Below, in pieces: positions 27,880 to 40,099 of a DNA stretch of 64,000 nucleotides. Location of the stretch: the NCBI GenBank assembly GCA_030704615.1, contig CM060734.1:55552001-55616000 (forward strand). Direction: 5' to 3'. How positions within the stretch are numbered: the stretch's first letter is position 1; each line of letters starts with the position of its first letter. Under the pieces are notes generated by a model. The model saw only the letters and a program-made list of their open reading frames with translations. It did no database searches and was not told the origin of the DNA. Origin of the DNA: Takakia lepidozioides. Its lineage: Eukaryota; Plantae; Bryophyta. Made by a program: the position numbers and the translations under genes.

Positions 27880-29327
27880 AGTTCTTTTGGGCTATGTCCG
27901 TGAAAGTAGGGATGGACCCCTCGTGTCGGATATCCCTCGATAAATGGGCAGTCCCTATGGTGGCTCTACCTTAAATCGAGGAATGCCCGACACGAGGGCC
28001 ATCTACTATCCTTAAAGCCGTATGTCCCATGGCACTTGCGGATGTTGTTAGGGAATATTGATGCCTGGCGGCTAACAGCCGAAAGTGATTGTGGCCGGCT
28101 CATAATAATGAGCCAATGATTATAGAGTGTTAGGAATCCGTAGGTACAGCGCTGTGTCCTATCGCAGATTGAGTTCGAAAGGACTGCCTAGGCGTGTCAC
28201 GTGGGTGGTCACATGGGCGTTTGGGGCGTGGATCAAGGTTTGGCGGCTTCGAATCTATTTTAAGATTTTTGTAAGCATGAGGGTTGCAGAGTCTGACCAA
28301 TGGCGTCATTACAATCATTTCGTTCTTTTTTCATTCGTCTGTCTAAAAACAGCTTTGTGAACGACGGGATAATTTTTCCTGCTCCTACCCCCCACAGAGA
28401 AATGTGGCATGGTATCCTACCTAAGCACTATAAAACTTTCAAGCCAAACAGCCTTTTTTGTCATTAGGGTCCTTTGTGTGTGCTTATGGGGGGGTCAAAA
28501 TTCAAGGTGAGCCAATAGCAAAAATTAACTCCTTTGTAATTAGGCGTTTCACTCAATCCCCGGAGTGAGGATGTGGAATACACTACAATAGTGAGTCTGG
28601 TAAAAACAAACTGTAAGGGCAGCCACGGGCCAAACCAATTATTACTTGCCATCTAGATACATACTCAACTCTACATGGCCCTTATTGCATGCTCCAATTT
28701 CATGACCCCTGGGTTTTTTTTAGAAAATATGCAGGTCACATAATTTTATTAAAATTTGTTACTTCCAATGTGATAGGGTGGGCCATGCTCAGAAAATTAA
28801 TTGCAGTTGGGATCAGTAAAAACTATTAACATCTGCAAAAAGTACATAGGAAAATCTACTTCTTAAAATTCGGTACAGGTCTCAGGGCCTTAATCCTTCA
28901 AGGTTGACCATAGTATCTGCAATTTAGAGAATGGTGCATTTTCGTCTCTGTTATAGATCATTCGAATACAAACAAATTGAAATAAAATAGAGTATTATAG
29001 ATTATATTTTATTCTATTACATTAATCTTAAAATTATATTATCTTTACATATATAATTATATCACAGAAAAGAAAGTTTTGTTTTATTGAAGGACTGGTA
29101 ACCTTATTATTCAAAAGAAATATCAGTTCCGATCTTTTGATCAGAGATTCATTGGACCCACAAGTTTCATTTGCATGCATTTTTAAAGGGTGCTTTGTGG
29201 AATAACTTCACAAAAATGAACAGTGGCAGACACAGAGAGAAGGAAGTGTGGGGGCAGGCTTCCTGTGCAATCAAAATCCTTGGGAATGCCCACCAAACCT
29301 GCACCGAAAGCATATTGAAAACATAAA

Positions 29328-32300
29328 TCAAAAGGACGTTCCAAACTTACCATTATACCGTTTGTGAAACACCTCAAGACGGCAAGACAACATTGATGAC
29401 AGACTACCGATCAGGATACCTCTGGCAGCGACAAACTCAAATCTGGGTTGGATGCGCCTCTCCAGGCTGTAGCTAAGAAATTGAGGGAACGGTACAATTT
29501 CTGTTACATCCCTGTTCATCACATTGACAAGGTAGTCAATTTTGGGCTTGAGTGCTGTCTCCACACTGTGGCCCAAAAGTGCAGGGTGCAATGCCACCAT
29601 CCTGTCAATATACAGGGCTTGTTTAGAACTATGACAATATATTGTACATAACCAAGATGTGACTTACTCTATGAGCTTCTATTTCAGCACATGAGAAAGA
29701 TGAAAGACAAATGCCCTTTCAATACAAGCTACAGATATAATTGCACTTAGTGTGCTGAGATTATCACAGACTCTTTGGCTGATGAAATGAGGTCATTGAT
29801 ACCATAACAAGTTGTAACCATTTGTCTAGCTATTGGGCATTTCCATCCCCCCTTTCATCAAGCTTCCTCCCATCATATGGCAAAATACACATTACCTCCC
29901 AACATCCTGCTTCTCAATACCGAGTGTTAAGAAGTAGTCAATTTTTGGCCGCAGATTGGAGTCCACGCTGTAGGTGAAAATTGAAGGTTGGATGCTAATG
30001 ATCTTGTTGATCTGGGCTGGTAGCAGCAGTAAGTCAGACTGCATAAAAGCAATCATGTCCCGGATCTTACCATCCAAGCTCAGGCTAAGAATCTGCATCC
30101 AACAGTCATAAAATGCCCAAAAGCATTTGTGAGAACGTAACTCCACCTATCTTGCAAACTATAGATGCGAGTAGCATCCAATGTTCAGCCTTCACCATGA
30201 CAAGAAGACTACTAGGTACCTCCCCACCAAACCTTAAAGAGATATTCACAAGCACATGCTCAATGAGTACAGACCAACTTAGTATATGCCGTAATATGGG
30301 CATAAATCTGAGAGTTCTACCAACCTGACCCAACATTACCATTGCAGATCCATGGAGGCAGAGTGAATGTGCTCCTCCCACCAGACCTTGGCTACATAAC
30401 ATTAAGGGCATTGTCCATGCTGGTTACTAACCCTCCTGGAGCCAGCTGTAGACCACCATGCATATGGGACCCAAACCTGTAATAGAGGAAGTGCTCGAAC
30501 ACAGCTGACAACAATACCATCACAGTACATTGAGTGTCTAACGTATGGGCTGGGGGTGACCCTGCCAGTTACACTAATACTAGAGAAGTCCAGAGAGATA
30601 GATTTGGAGTAGTGTGAGGATGTGTGTGTGTGTGTGTGTGCGCGCGCGCGTGAGAGAGAGAGAGATGGAGAATGTACTCGTGAGACTGCCATAGCCTTGT
30701 GGCCATAGACCCCATGCCCAGTTTGGGCAGAACAACAGGGAGCAGACACTACCTTTGTGAGGGGCTCACTCCAGTATTGAGACTTACCTTGGTATAAACA
30801 ATTGGTTTGGGCTTTCCAGATTTCCTCTAGAAATCCTTTCACACAAGCATCAATCTCCTGTGTGTGAGCTGCCTTGTAATTAAACCCCAACAGGGCCAGG
30901 GCTCAGCCTTTTGGGAAGTTGGTGAACAGAGGTGCAGGGACTACGTTCTTGATGGTCCTGAAGAGGGCCGCTCACCGATGACAATACCCCGGACATTGTA
31001 TCAGAAAATAGGTTTGTCTTCAGGCCACCCACACATCGCACATCGGGCATTGATAGTGTCCCTTTCCTCTCTGTATCTGTTTATTGTTCAAAAGTACACT
31101 CCCCGCTCTAAGTTTAGATTTCAGTCAAGTACCAAGGGCAGGTAGTAGAGATTGTACTCATAAGACGTTGTTTGCCGTAGCCTTGTGGCCATTGACCCCG
31201 CGCCCAGTTTGAGCGGGAACAAAAGGGACAGAACCTACCTCTGTCAGGGGCTGACGTTGGTAGTAAGACTTACCTTCATATATAGAATTAATCCGGGTTT
31301 TCCAGATATCCTCTAGAAATCCCTTCACACAAGCATCAATCTGCTGTGTGTGATTTGCCCAAAAACTAGGCCTCAGGAGGGCCTGGGCTTTTGGCTCAGC
31401 CTCGAGACTTGCAAAGTTGGTAAACAGGGGTACAGGCACAATTCCCTTAATAGATTTGAAGAGAGCGTCTCTTTGGTGAGAGAACCCCGGACAGTGTATC
31501 AGAAAATGAATAGAGTCTTCAGATTGCCCACACAACGGGCAATTGCACTCTCCCTTTCCTCTCTGCTTCTGTTTGCTGTTCAAAGGTAGGCTTCCTGCCC
31601 TGAGTTTAAATTTCAGTCTAGTGCCGAGAGTTGGTAGACCCTTGAGGTCATCCAAGATGTCCTCCCCCATGTCACAGACTGGAAACAAGTTCAGGGAAGT
31701 TTTCTGCCTAACTTCATTTTCATCAGACAATCTCATGGCAACAGACATGGCTGAGGACACTACAGCCTCTAAGTCAGATTTATCCAGCAGGGTCAAGACT
31801 TGCGGATCCAGGTCCAGGTCCTTGAGAATCTCTTCTACTCTCTTCTGCCAGGACTTAGCCTGTTTGACAGGGCGGTCCTGTTTCCAAGATATAGAGTCGA
31901 TTAACTTAGGATATCTGGTGTTGGGCATATGTTGCAGCTGACCCCACCATCTGACCTTGAATTCATCTCGTCGGGAGCTTAAGGACGGAATGCCAAACTC
32001 ACCCCGAACAGCCACATTGGCTGTTTTGGAGCATGCTGACATACACTCCTTAAGCACCCCCACTTGAATGGATTCTAGAGACTTAGCCTGGTTGGAGTTA
32101 TCAACCCATATAGCAGATCCGTACTCCAAGGCAGGTCTAATAACACGGCAAAGCATGGTTTTCTTAACCTCAGAGTTGACCCCTCTGCAGTGGAAAAATT
32201 TAGTGAGCCCCAGAGCTTTGCCCTTGCCAGTTTGAACAACTTTCCGGATATGTGCATCCCAATTACAATTGGAGGAAAACTCAAGACAAGTAGTAGGTAA

Positions 32301-34215
32301 GCAGGTAGTAGAGATTGTACTCATAAGATGTTGTTTGCCGTAGCCTTGTGGCCATTGACCCCGCGCCCAGTTTGAGCGGGAACAAAAGGGACAGAACCTA
32401 CCTCTGTCAGGGGCTGACGTTGGTAGCAGGTAGTAGAGAGAAAGAGAGAGAGACCTGAGGGTGTCTGCAGATCATTTTTGCGATCTCCACCACACCTGCA
32501 ATTTTCAAAAACTCGATGGTGCGGTCGATTTTGCTGATGCCAGTGCCAATCACCCCTGGATACTTCATGACCGCTTTTCCTATATCCTCCTTCTGCCAGT
32601 GGGTCCAAATAATATTTATTACGACTCAAAGAGGCCCTCACATCATATCAAAGATGTCAAATTACCTAGCATTGTGAGTATAATCCCTGCAATAGGTGTG
32701 GACTAAACAAACAGCGATATAAAGAGAGGCAACCACTGCTACAGCTTCAGGCACACCTTAAAAATTAGTTCTAGATAAATTTGAGAATATTATGCTGTAA
32801 AGCAACAAATTTATTTAGGCTAGACTACATATGCAAAGCGCATACCTTTAACCCAATCTCCATAAGTTTCCGTTCCATGGGGAGCACTCGTTGCTCCATA
32901 CTATAGGTCAAAATTTGAGGGAAGCGGTCTATTATCTTTGCCACTTGCTCCTTGGTGATTCCCAGAGACTGCAGGTACTCAACCTAACCAGAACATAATC
33001 ACCGGGTATAGTTGGAAAATCTACAAACATTAATTTTCGATGACGGTGAAGTTACGTGAAAAAAGTTCACCAGGCAAAGAACCAATTCAAAAAGAAACTT
33101 CTCACATGCAAATATCGATCAAAGCAGCTCAGTTTGGCTGACTTTGATTTCGAAAAGAACAAATAACAGGCATAGAAGGATATTGGAAGCAACTAATATC
33201 AGCTTGCAGTGTTCTGTCTACTACCAGTGTAGGAAGGGTTGCAGTGTTGGCCTAACGTCATTTTCATCGGACACTCTTCGGGCATCAGACAAGGCTTTGG
33301 GGACAACCCCCTCCAGGCCAGCTTCGTCCAGTAGGGTCAATTCTTCAGGGCTGATATTAAAATACTTGAAGATATCTTCTACCTTTTCCGCCAAGACTTG
33401 GCCTGTTTAAAAAGGCGGTCGTGCTTCCAATAAATAGCTTTGATCATCTTAGGGTAGCTGGTATTCGGCATGCAATTCAACTGACCCCACCATCTGACCT
33501 TGAACTCATCACATCGAAAGCTTAAGGGAGGCATGCCAAACTCACCCCGAACAACCACATTAGCTGTTCTAGAACAATTGAACACTGCGACTGAAAGGAT
33601 TCTAGGGATTTAGCATGGTTGGAATTGCCAACCCACACAGCAACGCGTACTCCAAGGCCGGCCTTGTAACATTGCAAAACATGGTCCATTTAACTTCAGT
33701 ATTAATCCCTCTGCAGCGGAAAAATTTAGTGAGACCCAAAGCTTTGCGTTTAGCTGATTGAATCACTTTCTGTATATGTGCATCCCAGTTAAAGTTGAAA
33801 GAAAACTCAAGACCAAGGTAAGTGTAGGAAGGGAGTACAGGAATCTCTTCGTCACCCCATTTCCATTTGAGATCCCCTCCTCCCTCCCCATGGTCGTTGG
33901 ATGCCACACGGCACATTATTAAATTTTGATGGCATGATTCTATTCTGTAAGACAGACATGTGCCTCGGTGTCAACAGTGAGATATATGTACATACATATA
34001 TATGTGTATATATTGAATTAGCCACCGTTTGTAAATGGGTATTGAATTGCAGGGTTAGGGTTTTGAAACCCTAAATTTAAACCAGCTCGTTGCATCTTTC
34101 ATGCCCCTAAGTCACATGGCCATAGAACAAATTTTTCAGCATGTGCCTACTTGTCAATTGCAGGACATTCATAGGAGATATTAATTCATTCCTCCTGAGA
34201 AATTCTACCCAGGTT

Positions 34216-34274
<59 letters not shown>

Positions 34275-35311
34275 CCTACCTTTGGCCTCAGGCATTCTTC
34301 GATGCTGCTACTGGCCAGAAACACATTCCCCAGCAATGCGTCAGCAACCTTCTGCTTAGGGACCCCTCCTTCTTCCACAAGAAAAGATGCAACCTCGACC
34401 AATTTCTTAGCTGAATTCTTCAGCAATGCGCTCCGCACAGAAGAGGGCAAGTGATTTTGCAATTTAGTGAGGTCCTCATCAGTGAGGCCCCATTTTCGCA
34501 GACACCGTAACTTTTCCTCCAGGTCAGTAACATACGAAAGACTGCCTTGAGCCTCCAGTTCTTCAGAGGCGTCTTCCTCTGGGCTAAGCAGAGCGGGCTC
34601 AGGGCTGTCGGAGGGGAGAAAGTCCTTCAAACTCAGGTCAATGGTCCTGGCTGCCATATCCGGATCCTCAACAACAGCTGTAGTTGTTGCATATTTTGCA
34701 TGCGAAAAATGAGGTTCCATTTGCTTGTTTGCCAGGAACCTGAAGTGCACATCCAATCCCCCTAGAGCTCTGGAAGGCATAACACCTGGTCTCAATCCAC
34801 ATCTCAACCTGTTTCGAAGACTAGCAGTGTCTCTTTGGAGAAAGGGGACCATCATATTTTGCAACGCATGATCTAAGCCCAGTCTTAGAGTACAACGGAA
34901 AGAGACCTGAGGGGCAGAGACAACCAAGATGCTGTTGAAATCGGAGAAGGACAGGCAGGCTCTCCCATGAGATAGACAAGGTTTACCATATCCTGATATC
35001 GAAAGTGGGAGACAATCTTGATGTGTCGCTTGAGAGACAGAAGTAGGAACAACAGTTGAAGGGCACTGAGAGGGGTTCAACATTGAAGATGGGAGTAAGT
35101 ACCTTGTGGAGAACTTTCGGGCAGTGCAGCTAAGGGAAGGAGAAGGGGACATGGAGTCAGGGAGAAAAGTGACGGTGGAAGAATGATATAGGAGTGAACT
35201 ATGTCCATATGATTGCCAAGTCTCCACCAGCCCGGGTATCTTTGCATGAACATCCCCCAGCCGAGAGGTCGTTCTTCCCACTCCTCTTGCTCTCTTCCAC
35301 ACCCTCCTCAT
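29328..35311 (-). CDS. mTERF-family protein, probably organelle-targeted; exons 34280-35311 (alternative ATG 35152), 32846-32983, 32455-32592, 29896-30092, 29328-29601
   Basis: mTERF repeats (LRPKVEYLQSLG, RFPQILTYSME, RHPQILSLSLD, YSVDSNLRPKIDYF, FPQFLSYSLERRIQPR). All four introns are GT-AG with compatible phases (0,0,0,2). Long Ser/Arg-rich N-terminus. Confidence 0.9.
30670..31137 (-). mobile_element. Older LINE 3' fragment in mTERF intron 3
   Basis: Diverged LINE 3' end ([18 protein letters not shown]...GHKAMA) next to (GT)n(GC)n(GA)n microsatellites. Confidence 0.8.
31152..32425 (-). mobile_element. Two tandem 5'-truncated copies of the young LINE (31152-~32290 and 32315-32425) in mTERF intron 3
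   Basis: ORF 31158-32324 covers the post-RT region and the CPLC...HFLIHC zinc finger. GCAGGTAGTAGAGA occurs three times (31138-31151, 32301-32314, 32426-32439) as target-site duplications. Confidence 0.93.
33240..33915 (-). mobile_element. Diverged internal fragment of the same LINE family in mTERF intron 1
   Basis: [14 protein letters not shown]...RPALEYA and [11 protein letters not shown] homology. Confidence 0.85.
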
Positions 35312-35491
35312 CTCTCTCTCTAGGCGTCACCTCACTTTGTCATGATCGCACCATAGCTACAGCACCTGATCCCACAAAATCGCTGAAGCAGATGGCAACT
35401 GCAGGTCTCTGGAAGGTTTGTTGCAAGGGAAAAACCCCCACATTCCCAAACCTTCCTGCCAACCGGAAGAAAACATTTCCATTTTTCTTTG

Positions 35492-37073
35492 CGGCCGCAC
35501 TGGTGGCTAACTAGCCACTGTTAGTTAGCCACTGTTAAGCAGTGGTTAGTTAGCCGCACTTATGGCTAAAAGTTAGCAATGGCTAACGAGGGTTATCCCG
35601 CGAGCTGCCCGCCATGCGCCGCTGGAGCTGCCCGTCGAGGCAGCGAGGACGCCATAGCTCCGAAGCTCGTGCTCATGCACACAGATAGAACGACAGAGTA
35701 CATAAATCTGCGAATACATGGTGACGCCATCTCATTGGCCTTCTACATCTGAGTCCTAATAACCTCCAATGGCTAGGAGAGAACCCGCATCCCACTGAAC
35801 TGGTAGTAGGTCGGCTTGTGGAGAAGCTTGGTAGCCATAGCTAGTTCTTGCTTTGAGGGAGATAGACGTTGATGGAACAAAGTTTCTCTCCGACGTAAGA
35901 GAAGCTCGCCTGATTTATCCCTGCAAGTGAAATCTCTGATATTTCCTCTAGATCAAATCCCTCTTCCAGAATGTTTCCTGAATCAGCACGAACCAGGTCT
36001 TGCTAAAAATAACAGCTCTTTGAAAAACTTGGACTTGGAAAAGCGCTTCTCGGCTTTGATCCACTACTTAACTGGAGCCCAACTGGATCATGAGCTCATT
36101 CGTTTGCCCTTGATTGAAACTGGGCATGGAACTGGGCTTCAGATACATTTGTTTATAATTTAGTGTTAAAATGGGGAATTGGGATAGAGGCTCTTTTAAT
36201 TTGTCATCTGCTCTCTTTGTAAGAACCTTTAATGGGAAGAGTAGGTGCACGTTGTAAGTATTGAATTCCAGATCTATGCATTCCATCATTTAAGCTTAAT
36301 TTCTCTTAGAGCTCTACTGATTCAAGGGACTAGAAAGACGTGGGTGGTTCTAATGACATCGATCTGAAAAACAGGCCTTGTCTTTTCATACATCATGCGA
36401 CGTGTGGCAAGGGCTTAGACTACGTTCAAGAATTTTAGACTATAATGATCGTCTGCTGCAAGCTGCTTGGAGCTGATCATCTAGATTTGATGTCTCTGCC
36501 AGACCACGATGCATTGACAACCGACTAGATGCACAGGAAGAACAAACATACAAAAGCGAGGTTCACTCAAATTAATGGGAATCGCTTAAAATCTGAAGGC
36601 CTTCGGAGGAAGGTTGGCGTAGATTTAGTTCCGAAATTGTCCTGGGAATGTTGTTTAGCTGCTGCAGATGATCTTTCTACTCTGCTGTCGTTGGTGCTAG
36701 GCTAAATTTCCTTGCTCTGAATCTGAAACCTTGTCCCCCTCTGGAGCCTTTTCAGTTTTTGCTCTGATCTGTGCTGTGTTTCCAAGTGCTAATATGTTAG
36801 TAGCTGCTTGGCGTCAATGCTCCAAATTTCTGCGTCAATCCTGCTTGCATCTGGAGTTTGGTGGAGCCCAGCTGGCTACGGTACGCTAGTTGCGAGGCTT
36901 GCGCAGAACGGGGAGCGTTTGAATTTTCCATATGTTGCCCCTGTGGTTAAAGTTAGTACGTGGGGGTGGGTAGGGGTTATCTTGACCGACAAATACTGGG
37001 GGGTAGTTAGCGACGACTAGCGCTGACTAACTGTAACTAACTTTAACAGTGGCTAAATCGTCCAGTGCGGCCG
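35492..37073. mobile_element. Putative non-autonomous TIR DNA element just upstream of the mTERF gene
   Basis: 12-bp perfect inverted termini CGGCCGCACTGG (35492-35503) and CCAGTGCGGCCG (37062-37073). Clusters of GTTAGC/GCTAAC subterminal motifs at both ends. No clear TSD and no recognisable transposase. Confidence 0.5.
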
Positions 37074-37110
37074 GGCTGATATATTTTTCTCTTTGTTCGT
37101 AAGAGCATGT

Positions 37111-37184
37111 CGGCTGGTAGCTCAGCTGGTAAGTGCACAACGTGTCACCCCGGGGAGTCGGAGGTCAAACCTGCTGCCCTGTCC
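37111..37184 (+). pseudogene. tRNA-derived sequence (SINE head or tRNA pseudogene, Asp-GTC-like)
   Basis: A-box TAGCTCAGCTGG (37118-37129) and degenerate B-box GGTCAAACC (37163-37171) at tRNA-like spacing, with TGTCA in the anticodon position. Stems are imperfect. Confidence 0.5.
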
Positions 37185-38928
37185 TATGTGTGGATTGTTC
37201 ATGGTGGTCTGTCTTCGTGCCCACACTCTTTGGAGTAGATGCAAATTTGTTTATGAGTTGGTCAAGTAGCTAGTGCCAAGTGTGGGGAAAGGAGGCGCTT
37301 ACAACTCTTCGCTCCCTTCGAACTCACCAAAGCTATGGATGCTGCCTCTATTCCAGCCTTTCTCAACACAAGCATCCCTTGGACGATCCCCTCCCGGATG
37401 AATGGCAAGTCTTCGGGTGAAACCCGGAGATCAAGTGGCAGCATCAGAAACACCAGCTAATAAAATGTCAAAACCTTTAATATAAAATCTGTGTCTCGTG
37501 TCTATAATCTGGAATTAGAAATATATGTAAGAAAATTATATGTTAATGTATATTTAAAAAATTAATTATCCATGATCAAATAATTCAATACACATCAGTT
37601 GGTAACATGTATATAATGAATTTGGCTATGATGGTTTTTGTTCTACCCCGACATTAATAACTTGGGACGGACAGTCTCACGTTTTTATTCCCACTGACTT
37701 TATTGTTATCGAGTCTCCTCTATCTGAGATTTATGTGCAGTTTGCAGATCGATCCTAGCTAGGTTAAGGAAATTGAAGAGACTGAGGAGAGTGATCATAA
37801 CTCAAGGATTTCGGTTTGTTGATTTAGACAAAGAATGCATTGTCAATTCTGGAGGTCATAGGAAGTCCACCGATGTTGATCGTTGGTCTAGGTGCCGCTT
37901 TGATGTTTGGAGGAAATACATGTATATTCATCATGGGAAATCGATAGAGGATATGCATGAGCGTGATGTGAAAGAGCTTGTGTCATGATGGTGCAAAAGT
38001 ATGATGAAACGTAATATCCTCTTAGACGTAAGTATTCCTTCTTTTGTTTTTGTAATCTCTTTGTGCAGCTCTATTTGTTTATTCTAATCTTAGCTAATGT
38101 TCAATTGCGTAAGCTTGGAGATTTATTCCGTGGAATTGGTTGATTGTTTTGAGCATGATTTGAGGAAGGAGTAGTGGAGACTGGAGAGCCCGGACTCCAG
38201 CTCAACATTCTTCGCCATTCTCGATTCAAACGGGTTTAAGTGTCAATTAACAATGTTGTAAATTGACAAAAAATTGATACAAACGCAAAGAATACGTTTC
38301 ATGGATACTTGTGCTAATTAATATATAACCTTTGCATTGTCTAGTGTATGTCATTCGACTTTGATGTCGACGTCTAGTGAATTTGGAGTCATGCAAAGTC
38401 ATTTGAAAGCCCACAAGGCTACAGCAGATGAGCAAACAATGCCTCATGAATACATTTTCTCTGTATCTGTCAGACCATAAGTTGGCAATTAGGGGCTCAA
38501 CACCTCCATGACAGTCCATTCATCAAATTCAAGAAGCTTAAAACAGTTTAGAAGTAGGCACCATATCGGGCTGGGATAAAGGATCTTGCCCAAACAGATT
38601 ATGAAGATATAGAGACTCTACTCGTCCAAACATGCGCCCAGAATCAAAGATAGTTTTCCGGGTTTAGCCACGTTTGGAAATTCTAACCTAGTTCGATAGC
38701 CAGAGTTTAATCACGTTTAGGGTTTAGCCACGTTTGGTTAGTCTAATCAATTTTGCGTGCTTAGCCAAAGCTTAGCCAGAACTGAGTATCAGTCATCAGC
38801 TGTGTGGAGAAATTTCACATTTTTAGAAATCTCTTAGTAACTGCCTGTTTGATTTCTTGTATTGTGTGGGTGGGGGTGCTATGGGAAGAATAGACATGCA
38901 CATTATGAGTTAGGTCTCACAAACAATT

Positions 38929-39104
38929 TGTCGTGCGCATACATATCGCTACACAACTACATCGCTGTCCAAAACCACACAACACATGTGCACACCACAC
39001 ACTAGTATACCACTAGTCCACCACTAGTCCAACCACTAGGCTACAACTAGTCAGTCACTAGGCTGCCACTATGCTGCCCACTATGGCAGTCACTAGTCCA
39101 CACA
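38929..39104 (-). repeat. Terminal repeat A, outer copy
   Basis: TG...CA-bounded 176 bp; one mismatch against 39433-39608 by eye. Confidence 0.95.
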
Positions 39105-39105
39105 A

Positions 39106-39430
39106 TAATAAAGATGAAGAATACAAGCACAAGCTCATGCGAGCTCACAAAGTTGAAGCATAAACTCATGCATATATAAACTCGTCACTCAAATACAAGT
39201 CAAGCCAAGTGCACCCCACGCCATAGGGAATCTACATTACGGCGCCATAGCTAGGCGCGGTGAGGCTCAACTCGAGAAAGATGAGCCTCCCGCTTGCCGT
39301 GAAGATAACCACTCCAGGGCCTAAATCTGCCTTGACCCCTGGATTGACACTTGGGGCAATCCCAAATGTCAATATGTAAAAGCTAGTTATTTCCTAGCTA
39401 GTTTCACACTAGTGGTAAAATAACTTGACA
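39106..39430 (-). repeat. Terminal repeat B, inner copy
   Basis: Aligns end to end with 49490-49815, with roughly 14 differences by eye. Confidence 0.95.
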
Positions 39431-39432
39431 AC

Positions 39433-39608
39433 TGTCGTGCGCATACATATCGCTACACAACTACATCGCTGTCCAAAACCACACAACACATGTGCACACC
39501 ACATACTAGTATACCACTAGTCCACCACTAGTCCAACCACTAGGCTACAACTAGTCAGTCACTAGGCTGCCACTATGCTGCCCACTATGGCAGTCACTAG
39601 TCCACACA
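39433..39608 (-). repeat. Terminal repeat A, inner copy, following the polypurine tract
   Basis: Near-identical to 38929-39104; preceded on the minus strand by TAGGGGGGCGAT. Confidence 0.95.
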
Positions 39609-39867
39609 ATCGCCCCCCTAGCTGGTGCTTAGGTCCCTCTAAGTCCAGGTAGCCACAAGATGTGATCGTGACCATAGCCTCACTAAGTCCTCCAGCACTG
39701 TCCCTACTACACTCAAACTCGATAGATCAAGAGGCCGGGTGCAAGAGTTGCCCCATCTTAGTCGTCGTCTTGCAACCTGTGAACTTGATCATGAGATCTC
39801 GTGTATTGACTCCTATGAGCTTGGCCTCCCATGTCTTGTTAGCTGCCTCTAGTCATGTCCACTGCCA

Positions 39868-40010
39868 CTATCCCAAGCAGTGTGGACACACCAATCTCCA
39901 TCATGAACCTTCTCAAGAGGTGGTATCAAGCATCCCATGTGCCAACCTCTTGAGCATCGATCACACACCAGCATGGTGGTTGCCCCTTTGGCAGACCCAC
40001 AGAGCATGCA
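39868..40010 (-). pseudogene. PHD finger at the C-terminus of the retrotransposon integrase
   Basis: CMLC-x9-LVCDRCSRGWHMGCLIPPL...GDW; after a 1-nt frameshift, CPHCLG*. This is the C4HC3 pattern. Confidence 0.9.
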
Positions 40011-40099
40011 CCTCAAACCTGCAGGCACCACTACCAAGTTTGGGTCAACTCTGCCATCGTCATTGGGAAGGTGACATGGCGCACAATTACACACATGGT

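Noticed and set aside
34051-34075. Telomere-like AGGGTT/AAACCCTAA motifs (also near 48880 and 48951)
   Set aside because: Only isolated units, not an array.
38655-38745. GGTTTAGCCACGTTTGG motif twice, with echoes near 47992 and 48210
   Set aside because: Too short to define an element; no boundaries or TSD found.
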